64,000 nt of DNA from the IMG/VR virus record IMGVR_UViG_3300001200_000012, positions 1,483-65,482 of that record, one strand, 5' to 3'. The position numbers and the translations under genes are program-made. The notes under the pieces are model-generated. The model did not search any database. It worked only from the letters and a program-made list of their open reading frames with translations, and was not told where the DNA came from. Below, piece after piece: positions 8,806 through 17,811 of this stretch (the stretch's first letter is position 1; each line of letters starts with the position of its first letter). The DNA is from a virus.

Positions 8806-9046
8806 GCCACACCAAGCCCCCGGCGTAAAGCACGGTGCCTAAGAAACGTTTTTCAGTCCCGTCCAGCGGGTGACCTGTTCCCCGGATATAGAACTGTCTG
8901 GGCTGCTTAGACAACGCTGTATCAACCTCTGCCCAAACAACTATCTTGTTGCCTTGGACGCCAACGCTTAAAACATTCGCCTTGAACGGCATCTCAATAA
9001 CGGGATCATCAGTCAGCTCCAGCTCATATTTATATATTGTCTTCAT
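8777..9046 (-). CDS. conserved phage hypothetical protein
   Basis: MKTIYKYEL...GTGH...FLGTV...LVWHVYE pattern widespread in phages. Confidence 0.7.
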   Translation of the reverse strand: MKTIYKYELELTDDPVIEMPFKANVLSVGVQGNKIVVWAEVDTALSKQPRQFYIRGTGHPLDGTEKRFLGTVLYAGGLVWHVYEGKYEV

Positions 9047-9246
9047 TCTTCTTCCTCTGTTTCAATTATCTCGCCCTCAAGGAACGTTGTTTTGACTCCG
9101 CAGTCCGTACCATCACAGGTATGGACCATCTCTATGTTCCAGTGTGCAATAATATAGACCGACAAGCCGTGAAGCTTACCACAGATACACTTCCAAAGCT
9201 CCCCGGCTTCTATATGGTCCCCCACTTGTCTTACATGCTTACTCAC
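9043..9246 (-). CDS. hypothetical zinc-finger-like protein
   Basis: CICG...HTCDGTDCG. Confidence 0.55.
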   Translation of the reverse strand: MSKHVRQVGDHIEAGELWKCICGKLHGLSVYIIAHWNIEMVHTCDGTDCGVKTTFLEGEIIETEEEE

Positions 9247-9664
9247 CCCAAGCCCCTTCCGTATAGGATATACTTACCCGGTCAAGCCCATACACGGCAA
9301 TGCCGCTTATCTTTCTCCGGCTCGCAGGTTCATTGATAACATCATCAAGCCTAACGCCCTTAGCGGCCAAATCATCCGCAGCATTAAAGTCTAACGGGTC
9401 GCCTTTCCACTTGTATGACCGCTTGGGAAGTTCGCCGCGCAAACACTGCTCTTTTAAATCATACACCCACCATGAATCATAACTCCAAGAGTTACGCATA
9501 CCATTATTGACTTGATGTCTTTGAACGAAACGTAACCAGACCCAACCACCAACTTGTAGCTTAACAGGACGCCAAGCAAACCATCTTTCAGTTCTGCTTA
9601 AAAGCGTTCGACTAAATACGTGTGGACGTTCGCTCATGCCTTCGCCTTCCTCATTGCGCCCCAA
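9239..9664 (-). CDS. hypothetical protein
   Basis: RWFAWRPVK...WVWLR motif seen in small phage proteins. Confidence 0.6.
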   Translation of the reverse strand: MGRNEEGEGMSERPHVFSRTLLSRTERWFAWRPVKLQVGGWVWLRFVQRHQVNNGMRNSWSYDSWWVYDLKEQCLRGELPKRSYKWKGDPLDFNAADDLAAKGVRLDDVINEPASRRKISGIAVYGLDRVSISYTEGAWGE

Positions 9665-10014
9665 TACGTTAACCGGGTCACGGTCCCGCCATCAGCGCGT
9701 TCGTAACTCCAACCAAGGCGCTCGCGCTTCACGTGCGCAATCAGGTTCCCCGGCTCATCCTTATAGATGTAGCAAATCTCTTGACCGTGACGCGAATAGC
9801 GATAGCCAGCGTGAGGGTCCAGGCGCTTCTTGAGCATCCGGCGCGCGGTCCGCTTCGCCATCCATTCGAACGGCTCCCACTCGCTCCGCTCTAGGGTCTT
9901 GCCGTCTGTATTACGAACGAATATCTGCCAACCCCAACGCTTCGAAGGCATCCACTCAGCATGAATATTACATTGCTTCGTATCAACACAGTAACCGTCT
10001 CTTGTCTCTATCAT
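9634..10014 (-). CDS. hypothetical protein
   Basis: Preceded by the GAGAAAAGGAG SD motif at 10021. Confidence 0.7.
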   Translation of the reverse strand: MIETRDGYCVDTKQCNIHAEWMPSKRWGWQIFVRNTDGKTLERSEWEPFEWMAKRTARRMLKKRLDPHAGYRYSRHGQEICYIYKDEPGNLIAHVKRERLGWSYERADGGTVTRLTYWGAMRKAKA

Positions 10015-10065
10015 AACAATCTCCTTTTCTCAAAACAACAATACTCGTTAATTGTTTCTAAGTCA

Positions 10066-10350
10066 TTAATGTCTTTTAGTTACTATAAATTCCCACTCCA
10101 GACCTTCCGGCGGGGCTTCGTTTACCCACCTGAAAAAGTCTCCGTCTTCCTTCGGTCCAGACCACTTCATGCGTTGGAAGCGTCCTTTGCCCCATGTCGG
10201 TTGAGCCGCCTTCTTATAGGGCACCCATTTATAGGTATGACCCCCGGCGCGGAACTTCTGCCCTGTTGTTGGGTAATCACTCACTTCACTATCGCTCCAA
10301 TAATCAAGACCCAAAAGGCGAGCGAGCAGAACACCGCCGCAATCCAACAT
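10066..10350 (-). CDS. hypothetical protein
   Basis: Minus-strand ORF in the early region; start uncertain. Confidence 0.5.
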   Translation of the reverse strand: MLDCGGVLLARLLGLDYWSDSEVSDYPTTGQKFRAGGHTYKWVPYKKAAQPTWGKGRFQRMKWSGPKEDGDFFRWVNEAPPEGLEWEFIVTKRH

Positions 10351-10376
10351 TTGCCTCTGTAGCTAATCTTTCTCAT

Positions 10377-10583
10377 TTAAAACTCCTCAGACGCAGCAAA
10401 TTGTAGCCGCACTAAACGGTCCCGCGTAAACTTCAATAATGTAGCATCCATATTCCCAACGCGCTTCAAGCGTTTCTCCCGGCGTTCAGCCTTAGCTTGT
10501 AGCTCGTCAATGAGGGCTATTGCTTCAGCGAATGTGGGTGGATATTTTTTAAGGTTCCTCATGACTTCTCCTCTGGGAAACAA
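10377..10583 (-). CDS. hypothetical protein
   Basis: Tiles in the operon; start probably MRNLKK at 10562. Confidence 0.55.
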   Translation of the reverse strand: MFPRGEVMRNLKKYPPTFAEAIALIDELQAKAERREKRLKRVGNMDATLLKFTRDRLVRLQFAASEEF

Positions 10584-10828
10584 CCCAACAACGCTCTAAT
10601 CACTAACCGCCAAACATTATAAGATAGCCGGGGGTAGTCTCTCACGTCAGCTTCTCTCAACGGCTTGTCGTTTATTCTATTCCAATCTCCAGACACGGCA
10701 TCAGTCTTCCGTCCAACCTTGGCTTCATAGTTTCCTCGCTTCGCGGTCCCACCAACATTGCTTATAGTCATAGCTCCAAGGCGCTCAACGCCCCGCTTCG
10801 ATACTAAGTCAACACGAACGATAATCAT
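10559..10828 (-). CDS. conserved phage hypothetical protein
   Basis: MIIVRVDL...ISNVGGT...GNY...YPRLSYNVWRLV pattern. Confidence 0.65.
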   Translation of the reverse strand: MIIVRVDLVSKRGVERLGAMTISNVGGTAKRGNYEAKVGRKTDAVSGDWNRINDKPLREADVRDYPRLSYNVWRLVIRALLGCFPEEKS

Positions 10829-11070
10829 GCCGCCATCTCCACTGCTCTATATTGAGAGCCGGAACCGCCTACACTGACTGAATACTCACTAAGGTCGCGC
10901 CAGAACGCCAAGCGTTTTTCAACACGTTCTTCCGGCAGCTCTGTTTCTAACCAATCCCACTCAGTCCACTGCTGCTCTGATTTAGCCATACAGCCGTTAT
11001 AGACGCGCCGTTGCGGGTCAGTTAAGACAGTCACTCGTTTACGGGTCTCAATTTTAAATAGTTTAGTCAT
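10825..11070 (-). CDS. hypothetical protein
   Basis: ATGA overlaps with both neighbours. Confidence 0.6.
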   Translation of the reverse strand: MTKLFKIETRKRVTVLTDPQRRVYNGCMAKSEQQWTEWDWLETELPEERVEKRLAFWRDLSEYSVSVGGSGSQYRAVEMAA

Positions 11071-11282
11071 CTCATCACTCCCGCCATAATTGCCGCCATA
11101 GTTACGAAGCTTTCGCGTTGTCTCAATATTGCCCTACGTTGCGGCGTTCGTTTCTTGGGCGTCTGCACTCTATTCTGCCAAGACATAAAGACCTTCGCTG
11201 CTTCACGCCTTGACTTAGCCCTACGTTCGCACGCGTGACGTTTCGCCATCCGGCTTCTGAATTGTTTAGTTGCTTTTCGCAT
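11067..11282 (-). CDS. basic hypothetical protein
   Basis: Arg/Lys-rich; start shortened to avoid a long overlap with 11266..11613. Confidence 0.45.
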   Translation of the reverse strand: MRKATKQFRSRMAKRHACERRAKSRREAAKVFMSWQNRVQTPKKRTPQRRAILRQRESFVTMAAIMAGVMR

Positions 11283-11613
11283 CAAGCCAATCCTCAATAG
11301 TTCCGATACGTTCAAAGTTAGATAGGTATTGGAAGGTGGTAGCAGAACTTGCTTCACGGCGTCCGCTCTTATAGACCCGGTAACACCAAAGGACTAATGT
11401 AGGTCTGCCTTTGCCCCAGTTAAACCAACCAGAACCTTTATCAATACGGTAGCATGCGCCCGTGTCCTTGTCTCTGATAACATCGTCTTTATTCCACTCA
11501 CAACAACTCATTATTGCTTCAGACAAAGCCTTATCAGCGGCGTCTTTCTCAACACCTGCGGCTCTCGCACGCTCAATAATGTCTTTCGGTATTGCTTTAA
11601 TATCTAAACTCAT
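11266..11613 (-). CDS. hypothetical protein
   Basis: Tiles in the operon. Confidence 0.6.
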   Translation of the reverse strand: MSLDIKAIPKDIIERARAAGVEKDAADKALSEAIMSCCEWNKDDVIRDKDTGACYRIDKGSGWFNWGKGRPTLVLWCYRVYKSGRREASSATTFQYLSNFERIGTIEDWLDAKSN

Positions 11614-11622
11614 CCCAACCCC

Positions 11623-12810
11623 CTAAAACGGAATTTCATCGTCACGGGCTTCGTCCGCGAAGTGTTCCTTGGTACTGACGTCAAGTATGATACAAGCCAT
11701 CTGATGTTGAACACTTCCGCGCCCCTCGTTCAATCGTAACGTCTCCTGGAGCAGAGATGTCGCCAGATATTTAGCACCGTATTCTAGCACCCGGACTTGA
11801 TAGACGAAGCGGCCTGAACGGTTCTCCATCTCGCGATTGCCTGGAATACTATCAACAAAGACAACCTCAACCGGGACGGAGTAACCCGCCGCACCGCAAA
11901 GCTCTCTCGCTTTAAGCAGCACCGCCTCTTGGGCAGTTGTTAGTCCAACCCGGACCCGTTCCGTTACTTCAGTCGTTTGTTGAACGCGCTTACTATTAAA
12001 CAGACCTTTTGCGGCTTTCGATAGGTCTTTGCGGTTTTCCACTAACAGCTCCAGCAACATATCGGACGGCACCACGCCGCTGATATCCATATCAACGCTA
12101 TGTTCCCAAGTTCCTTCGCGAGCCGTAATGAACTCTCGCAAGAATTTCCGATTGTCTGACTTTAGAATAGCTCTGACTATATCTTGGCGCGCCCAAGAAC
12201 CGTACTTGATTGTGCGGTCTTCGGTGAGGTCTATTTCACCAAGCAAGTTATAAGTGAACATCATGTCTTGACTTTGACCGTCTAGCGCTCTAATGCCGCG
12301 ATAATAGATTGAGGACGAACGCTTGAATTGTATTTCAAGACCGTCCAACTCCACGTCAACGGCTCCAACTAACACAGTTCGGTAGCGGTCAGCGTAAGCT
12401 TCATTAATTGCTTTACCTTCAACCTTGATAATGGTATGACCCGCAACGCCGGACACGCTATCATCTTCGAATATCGTACCACCTTCGTCTTTCGTATTAC
12501 ACCACAGCTCGCGGAATGCTTGCCAAGCTTCCCAGGTCTTACCTAGTTCCGTTGTGAAGCCTAAAGGCTCGCCATTCATGTGTACGATGTCAAAACTTTT
12601 GCCGCGTATCTTTTGACCTTCAGCCGTAAACACGTAACGCTTCGCGCCTCTATATAAGACCACTTCACACTCAAGCCGCAACAGGACCGCAATAGCGTAC
12701 TTCAACCCGGTCCCGAAGAAGCCAATGGCGTTCGGATTGTCCTTGACGTTCACTCCCATAGTCGTGACCGCCGCTAGGGGCACAAGCCCTTCGTTCTTGA
12801 ATATAATCAT
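11623..12810 (-). CDS. GHKL-type ATPase with permuted motif order
   Basis: G2-like IGFFGTGLK at the N-terminus; N-box-like FRELWCNTKDEGG after it; acidic DDEIPF tail. Confidence 0.65.
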   Translation of the reverse strand: MIIFKNEGLVPLAAVTTMGVNVKDNPNAIGFFGTGLKYAIAVLLRLECEVVLYRGAKRYVFTAEGQKIRGKSFDIVHMNGEPLGFTTELGKTWEAWQAFRELWCNTKDEGGTIFEDDSVSGVAGHTIIKVEGKAINEAYADRYRTVLVGAVDVELDGLEIQFKRSSSIYYRGIRALDGQSQDMMFTYNLLGEIDLTEDRTIKYGSWARQDIVRAILKSDNRKFLREFITAREGTWEHSVDMDISGVVPSDMLLELLVENRKDLSKAAKGLFNSKRVQQTTEVTERVRVGLTTAQEAVLLKARELCGAAGYSVPVEVVFVDSIPGNREMENRSGRFVYQVRVLEYGAKYLATSLLQETLRLNEGRGSVQHQMACIILDVSTKEHFADEARDDEIPF

Positions 12811-13010
12811 TCGTCTTCTCCCTCAAGCATAGCGTAAATCTCTTCAGGCGTCTCAACAACCCAGAGCGGATAGCGTTGCCCGTCTATATCGACAACGGTC
12901 ACGGTGTTCTCACGGACCCGGCGCGCGTCTCCCATCTCGCGGACCCTGACAAGCTGCTTGGGTCGCACCTCACCTTCCTTGTCCACTGGTGTCAGTAGTA
13001 TATGTGTCAT
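12807..13010 (-). CDS. hypothetical protein
   Basis: Strong SD motif; VVETPEEI pattern. Confidence 0.65.
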   Translation of the reverse strand: MTHILLTPVDKEGEVRPKQLVRVREMGDARRVRENTVTVVDIDGQRYPLWVVETPEEIYAMLEGEDE

Positions 13011-13029
13011 TACAGTTCTCCTTTTCTCA

Positions 13030-13065
13030 ATTCAATCTATACCCCTAACCGGGGATAAGTCCAAG
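13030..13065 (-). promoter_or_regulatory. sigma70-like promoter containing a TTATCCCCG box
   Basis: Minus strand TTGGAC-17 bp-TATAGA; same spacer motif at 16429 and 35857. Confidence 0.55.
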
Positions 13066-13072
13066 CGTTAGT

Positions 13073-13972
13073 TTATGTCTCCGGCTCCTTGAGCCATTCC
13101 ATGGCCTGAAGGATTTGTCCCTTTTCTTCAACCTCACGAAGCAACGAGCTGTCCCACACGTCCGGGTCGCGGACCATCTTGACGTTGTCTTCAATAAGCT
13201 TCGCAATATAGTCGATGTCCAGCGCGTCTAGCTCCCAGCTCTCATCACCAAACTCACGTTGATAGGCTTCGAAGCGGCTGTCAGTTGACTTCGCCGGATT
13301 GGGTGGTGGCTTCAGCTCCTCAATCTGGTCATAGTTCAGCGCGAGCCTTTGGACAATAACCGGAACCCCGGCGAACATCTCCAGGCGCTCCCGGTTGTCG
13401 CGCGTCATGTCAATCCCGGACGGGTCGTGGTCCCCTAGGTGGAAGACGATAGGACGCTGGCCCTTCTTCACGTAGTTCGCAAATCTCTGCCCCGCTCGCC
13501 ACTGTTCGCTCTGGCTGTTGTATCCTTTACAGGCGAAGAAGTCCACGCGCAGCTTATTACAGGCCTGACCGATAACGCCTGACAGCGCTTCCTTCTCAAC
13601 CCAGACTTCAGGACGCCATCGTTGGTCAGCCCAAAGGTCGCGGCGGTAGCTATCGTGCGCAGCTTGTATCGCCTGCATAGGGTGAATGAAAGTGTTCAAG
13701 CCGCGAAGGTTCCGGGTCCGGTCCGCAATCGCGCTCCAGCTCACTAATCCGGCCAAGCGTCCGTTGCTGATTATCTTACCCAGGCGATTATAGGATGACT
13801 CCGTGTTGGGTAGCCAGTCCCGTCCTATGAACTGATAATAGAGCTGGCGCAGAGTGAGGTCATAGCCCCGGCTCTGGTAGTCAGCAATAATCGCGTTCGA
13901 AGCCTGAATGATGTCCAGCGTATCTTTTCTGAAGTTAAAGTCTTGATACTTTCTGAATGTCCCTTGGGTCAT
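13073..13972 (-). CDS. Topo VI-A/Spo11-like protein (mini-A type)
   Basis: Winged helix LTLRQLYY (putative catalytic Tyr); TOPRIM motifs EVWVEKEAL, CKGY, GDHDPSG; WELDAL. Confidence 0.8.
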   Translation of the reverse strand: MTQGTFRKYQDFNFRKDTLDIIQASNAIIADYQSRGYDLTLRQLYYQFIGRDWLPNTESSYNRLGKIISNGRLAGLVSWSAIADRTRNLRGLNTFIHPMQAIQAAHDSYRRDLWADQRWRPEVWVEKEALSGVIGQACNKLRVDFFACKGYNSQSEQWRAGQRFANYVKKGQRPIVFHLGDHDPSGIDMTRDNRERLEMFAGVPVIVQRLALNYDQIEELKPPPNPAKSTDSRFEAYQREFGDESWELDALDIDYIAKLIEDNVKMVRDPDVWDSSLLREVEEKGQILQAMEWLKEPET

Positions 13973-14970
13973 CCTAGTCTCCCTGTCTTCCCGCGTCCGT
14001 CTCCGGTCTGTGGGTCGATACCAATGCTACTCCCAGCGCTCTCTCCCGCACTAAACGCGCCCCAATCCGTATTGTCGCGTGGTCCGCTAGAACGGCGTCC
14101 ACCCCGGCGGCGTGCCCAATAGCGCTCGTTTTCTTCTTGGCGCTTCTTCTCTTCAGCAGCCGCCTCTTCAGGATTAGCCGCAGCCCACGCCGCGTACTCT
14201 GCTTCAGCCTTGGCTGCTGCTTCGGCTCTTTCTTGAGCCTTGCGTCTTTGTTCAGCACTCCAACCCTCGCCGTATATATGGTCATAGTTCGCGTCACGCT
14301 CATTCTTCTTGACATCGCCCAAAGAGAGTGCCGTGCCTGATGACGCGCCGGACGCCGCAGCGCGCTCTTGAGCCTCTTTTAGCTTCTGGGCTTGCTCTGA
14401 CTCAATCTGCTTCCGGCGTTCGATTAGTTTCCTGATAACCTCTGCGGCAGCTCCCTTACGATAGCTGACAGCCCAGTTCGAAAAGCGTTGGTTATTGTCT
14501 TGACCAAGACGGTCCATCAATACGCGCTCAATCGCTTGCTCAAGGTAATCGGCTAACACTTCGGTTGCTTTTACGTTCACCGTGCGTCCTACAACGCGGT
14601 GTTGGTACTTGATTGACCAGAACGTATGGTTGACCATGTCGCCGTACCAATCCCGCTTCCGTCCTTTACGCGATACCCACTTGCTAGATGTCCAGTACAG
14701 ACAGAAGTTCAATTCAGCGCAAGCTCTCCAAAGGTCGCGTTGATAGACGTAATTGCCACCTTTGCGCTTCTTGTCTTCGCGCTTCCCGCTGCTGCTACTC
14801 CCTTGCTCAATCATAGCCATATCAAGGTTATATTCAGCGAGCATCTTCTGTGCCTTGGCTGCGGCCACGGCGGCTTCTGCCTCGTTGCCCTTCTTCCGGT
14901 TCGCCATAGCCAGGAGCTTTTCAACCCGGCCAATAACCTTCTGCTGTTCTGGTGATAGTTCTTGTGTCAT
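13969..14970 (-). CDS. DUF2786-like domain protein
   Basis: N-terminal KVIGRVEKLLAMA...NEAEAAVAAAKAQKMLAEYNL; start placed at MTQELS. Confidence 0.75.
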   Translation of the reverse strand: MTQELSPEQQKVIGRVEKLLAMANRKKGNEAEAAVAAAKAQKMLAEYNLDMAMIEQGSSSSGKREDKKRKGGNYVYQRDLWRACAELNFCLYWTSSKWVSRKGRKRDWYGDMVNHTFWSIKYQHRVVGRTVNVKATEVLADYLEQAIERVLMDRLGQDNNQRFSNWAVSYRKGAAAEVIRKLIERRKQIESEQAQKLKEAQERAAASGASSGTALSLGDVKKNERDANYDHIYGEGWSAEQRRKAQERAEAAAKAEAEYAAWAAANPEEAAAEEKKRQEENERYWARRRGGRRSSGPRDNTDWGAFSAGESAGSSIGIDPQTGDGRGKTGRLG

Positions 14971-14996
14971 GATGTTTCTTTCAATAGAGTAAAATT

Positions 14997-15599
14997 CTAG
15001 TAATAGTCGCGGTCTTTTTCGCACCGTTTCCTATACCAACTTGCCTGATTATCGCAACGGCGTCCGTACTTGCGATGGAGTTTATGCATATCCGGTAAAT
15101 TATCCGCTCCGATTGTATCCCAAATGTTGTGTCATACGAAATTCCAACGTCTTCCTTTAGGCGGTGTCCAAGTAAACGCATCAGCATTTATGGTAGTTAT
15201 TTTATCGTGTAAACAATGCTGTAGCATATCAATTAACTTCTCATCAAGTTCTATAACGGTGACGCTAGTAACGTCTTCTTTCAACGCAATAGAATGCGCA
15301 AGAAGGGCCATCCCTAATCCGTTTATGAGTACATCTCCAGTCGCGTCTTTTAAGGCCCGATAATTGGAAACTAATTCCATAGGTGTATTACTCATTACAA
15401 CAGTGTCCCCGCGCCGCAGAACTTTATAATGTCCAGGTGGCGCGTAGTCTTCTGGATATCCACTCCAAATCGCTCTAGTTCGCTCAAGGGGCGCATCTTC
15501 CTCTTTATGGAAATCAACTAACTTCCAATCACCGGATTCAAGTTCACCGCCATACTCTGGGAGCGTGTATGACTTCTTTATCCAATTGAAACGTCCCAT
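14997..15599 (-). pseudogene. class I SAM methyltransferase/spermidine-synthase-like gene interrupted by an in-frame TGA at 15132-15134
   Basis: VLINGLGM, VIELD, ADAF motifs; frame continues FV*HNIWDTIGADNLPDMHKLHRKYGRRCDNQASW to TAG at 14997. Confidence 0.7.
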
Positions 15600-15835
15600 T
15601 ATGAATCCTCTCCATTTTGCTTCTTGAAAGCTGCTAACGCATCTTCATACGTTGGATGATATTCGCGCTCTATAACTCCGCACAAATCATTTCCTTTAGG
15701 GTCTGTAGCAAAGAAGTACCAAGACCATCCTGCTTCTGTACGGTGAATATTGCTTTTGGGCCACCATTTGAATCTAACTTTTACGCCAGGACTTCCCTCA
15801 ACGTCAAAGACTACTTCTTTTATTGATATATTCAT
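15599..15835 (-). CDS. hypothetical protein
   Basis: GAGAAAAGGAG SD at 15842. Confidence 0.7.
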   Translation of the reverse strand: MNISIKEVVFDVEGSPGVKVRFKWWPKSNIHRTEAGWSWYFFATDPKGNDLCGVIEREYHPTYEDALAAFKKQNGEDS

Positions 15836-15987
15836 AATGTTCTCCTTTTCTCAATTTAGGACTGCTTGCCGGAAAGCTCTTGCTTTCGGGGAAACAGTCC
15901 CGGCGGGGATGTCCGGGATGTTCCGTGGGGGTCTTTAGTCCCCGATGTTCATAACGCTCTCCTGTGTGGTCCGTTATCGTCTCCTTA

Positions 15988-16386
15988 TTAGTGAGCCATA
16001 CTCATCAAGTTCGATACTGCGCCTTCAGAAGCTACACGCAATGTTGATAAGTTCAACTTAGCGTATGACGAACCTAACTTGACCTTTAATTTGTCTTTCG
16101 CTTCAGCTTCGTTTTTCGCCATTACAGTATTCCAACCACTGTCTTTGAAGTTGACTAACCACTCTTTGTTTTGAGTTGAAGCTAGAGCGAGATTAACTAG
16201 ATTGGAAGCGGTCACCCAAAAGCCTGTATCAGTTAATTGACCTTCATGTTTTTGATAAAGACTAACACTCACGCCGTGATTTTCGCCGTTACCGTTCAAC
16301 GAGTGAGCTATGGCGTCAGGACAGTTATCAAATAGGAAGTCCATTTGTTCTACAGTGAGGTCAACTATGATTGCTTGCTTGGTCAT
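15988..16386 (-). CDS. hypothetical protein
   Basis: SD motif at 16394 places the start at MTKQAI. Confidence 0.7.
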   Translation of the reverse strand: MTKQAIIVDLTVEQMDFLFDNCPDAIAHSLNGNGENHGVSVSLYQKHEGQLTDTGFWVTASNLVNLALASTQNKEWLVNFKDSGWNTVMAKNEAEAKDKLKVKLGSSYAKLNLSTLRVASEGAVSNLMSMAH

Positions 16387-16409
16387 TTCGTATCTCCTTT
16401 TCTCAGATG

Positions 16410-16444
16410 ACCTATTACTAGGGCCAGACCGGGGATAAGTCAAG
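16410..16444 (-). promoter_or_regulatory. sigma70-like promoter containing a TTATCCCCG box
   Basis: Minus strand TTGACT-17 bp-TAGTAA. Confidence 0.6.
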
Positions 16445-16497
16445 AACTAAATTGCCTTAAAAGTCAACTATTTGCTTATTGGTTGTTTTTATTGCTT

Positions 16498-16725
16498 TTA
16501 TTCTGCTAGTGCTTCGCTACAAGCTTCCACAATTGTTGCTTCTTGACTACTCGTCAATTCAAACGGTTCCGTGCCGTACCAGTCATCAATACTCCAGTCA
16601 TCTAACTCATTCGGACCGCCCCCGCCTACGTCCGTGTTGTCGTAACCCGTCCGTGAGCAGGAGATGTGAAGCACAATCTCTTCATCACTATCCGCGTGAT
16701 ATGTAGTAACGTCCAGAAACATCAA
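16498..16725 (-). CDS. acidic hypothetical protein
   Basis: Overlaps the stop of the exonuclease gene. Confidence 0.55.
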   Translation of the reverse strand: MMFLDVTTYHADSDEEIVLHISCSRTGYDNTDVGGGGPNELDDWSIDDWYGTEPFELTSSQEATIVEACSEALAE

Positions 16726-17354
16726 CCATCACGCTTCAAAATATCTTCAGCAGTCTCCTTCACCATAGCTTCAGCTTCTTGCTTTTCCGTAGCAAGGTCT
16801 TTTATATAGGACGCACGTTGCTGGTAGCACTTCTGAACGAATAGTGCTTGGGCAATCGCATCGCTCTCGCCATCGTGTTTAATCTCCGGTTCAACCTTCG
16901 GCACTGATGGGTGAAGCGCCTTTATAGTACGCACGCAACGGCTCGCGCTATAATGTCCTGGCATCTTCATCCTGTTCGTCCGGTAAAGGTTCGACAAAAT
17001 AGGCTCATCAAAGTTCGCCCCGTTCCCCCAAATGTTCGTTTTGGACTGCGCGTGAGTGTCCCAGGCCTTATCGAAGACCTTAAGAGCTTGAGGGATGGTA
17101 TTAGTGCCTAACAGGAGCTTGCGGAACAAGTCCGGGTTCTGGGTCAGCCACCAAGCCCAAGTCTCCGGGTCCAGGCTCCGTCTTTGGGCTACCTGATGAG
17201 GCATGGAGAATAGAACCTGACCTGTTGAATACACTTCGGCGTTCGGGGGACTTTCTGCATCAAAGAACGCCCAACCAAGCTGAAGCACTACCGCGTGAGG
17301 CACCGTGTCCAGCGTTTCAAAATCAATCATGACGTCAGTATATTTACGCGACAT
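16722..17354 (-). CDS. DEDDh 3'-5' exo(ribo)nuclease (Rv2179c-like)
   Basis: DVMIDFETL, WGNGANFD, HDGESDA motifs. Confidence 0.85.
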   Translation of the reverse strand: MSRKYTDVMIDFETLDTVPHAVVLQLGWAFFDAESPPNAEVYSTGQVLFSMPHQVAQRRSLDPETWAWWLTQNPDLFRKLLLGTNTIPQALKVFDKAWDTHAQSKTNIWGNGANFDEPILSNLYRTNRMKMPGHYSASRCVRTIKALHPSVPKVEPEIKHDGESDAIAQALFVQKCYQQRASYIKDLATEKQEAEAMVKETAEDILKRDG

Positions 17355-17811
17355 GTTTCCAACTCCTTCTGTTTCTTATATCAATTATTGTTTGAGAACT
17401 TACGCTGTAGTCTTTAGCTACAAATCGCGGCCAACGTTTGTCGTTCCTTATAGCCACCACGTCCGCTTCAGTTAATTTAGCCTGACTATGTGACGCACCT
17501 ATTTGCGTTTTCGTCTTAGCTTTTACTTGGTCGTCGCAATTAGATTGTTGAGACTTCCAATCCAGATGTTTATGATTTATACAGCCGGGATTATTACAAA
17601 TTAGAGGTTCGTGACAAGCGTATGGTTTGCCTCCAGGAGCTGGCCCTTTAACTCTTTTCAGAACAACTCTATGAGCTAGGCTAGATTCACCAGGTATATT
17701 TATCAGAGGGTAGCCTGATGGATTAGTTGCGTAGGGCCAAAGGATACATTCATCAGTATTCGAACGTACAGCTTGTTCTAGGAACTCTCTTGCTTCGTTT
17801 CTCCTAGTCAT
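17344..17811 (-). CDS. HNH endonuclease
   Basis: CILWP...GYP...AHRVV...ACHEPLICNNPGCINHKHL...N. Confidence 0.85.
   Translation of the reverse strand: MTRRNEAREFLEQAVRSNTDECILWPYATNPSGYPLINIPGESSLAHRVVLKRVKGPAPGGKPYACHEPLICNNPGCINHKHLDWKSQQSNCDDQVKAKTKTQIGASHSQAKLTEADVVAIRNDKRWPRFVAKDYSVSSQTIIDIRNRRSWKHVA

Noticed and set aside
15132-15134. Genome-wide TGA-to-Trp recoding
   Set aside because: Many genes end at TGA with ATGA or TGATG coupling, so TGA is a real stop
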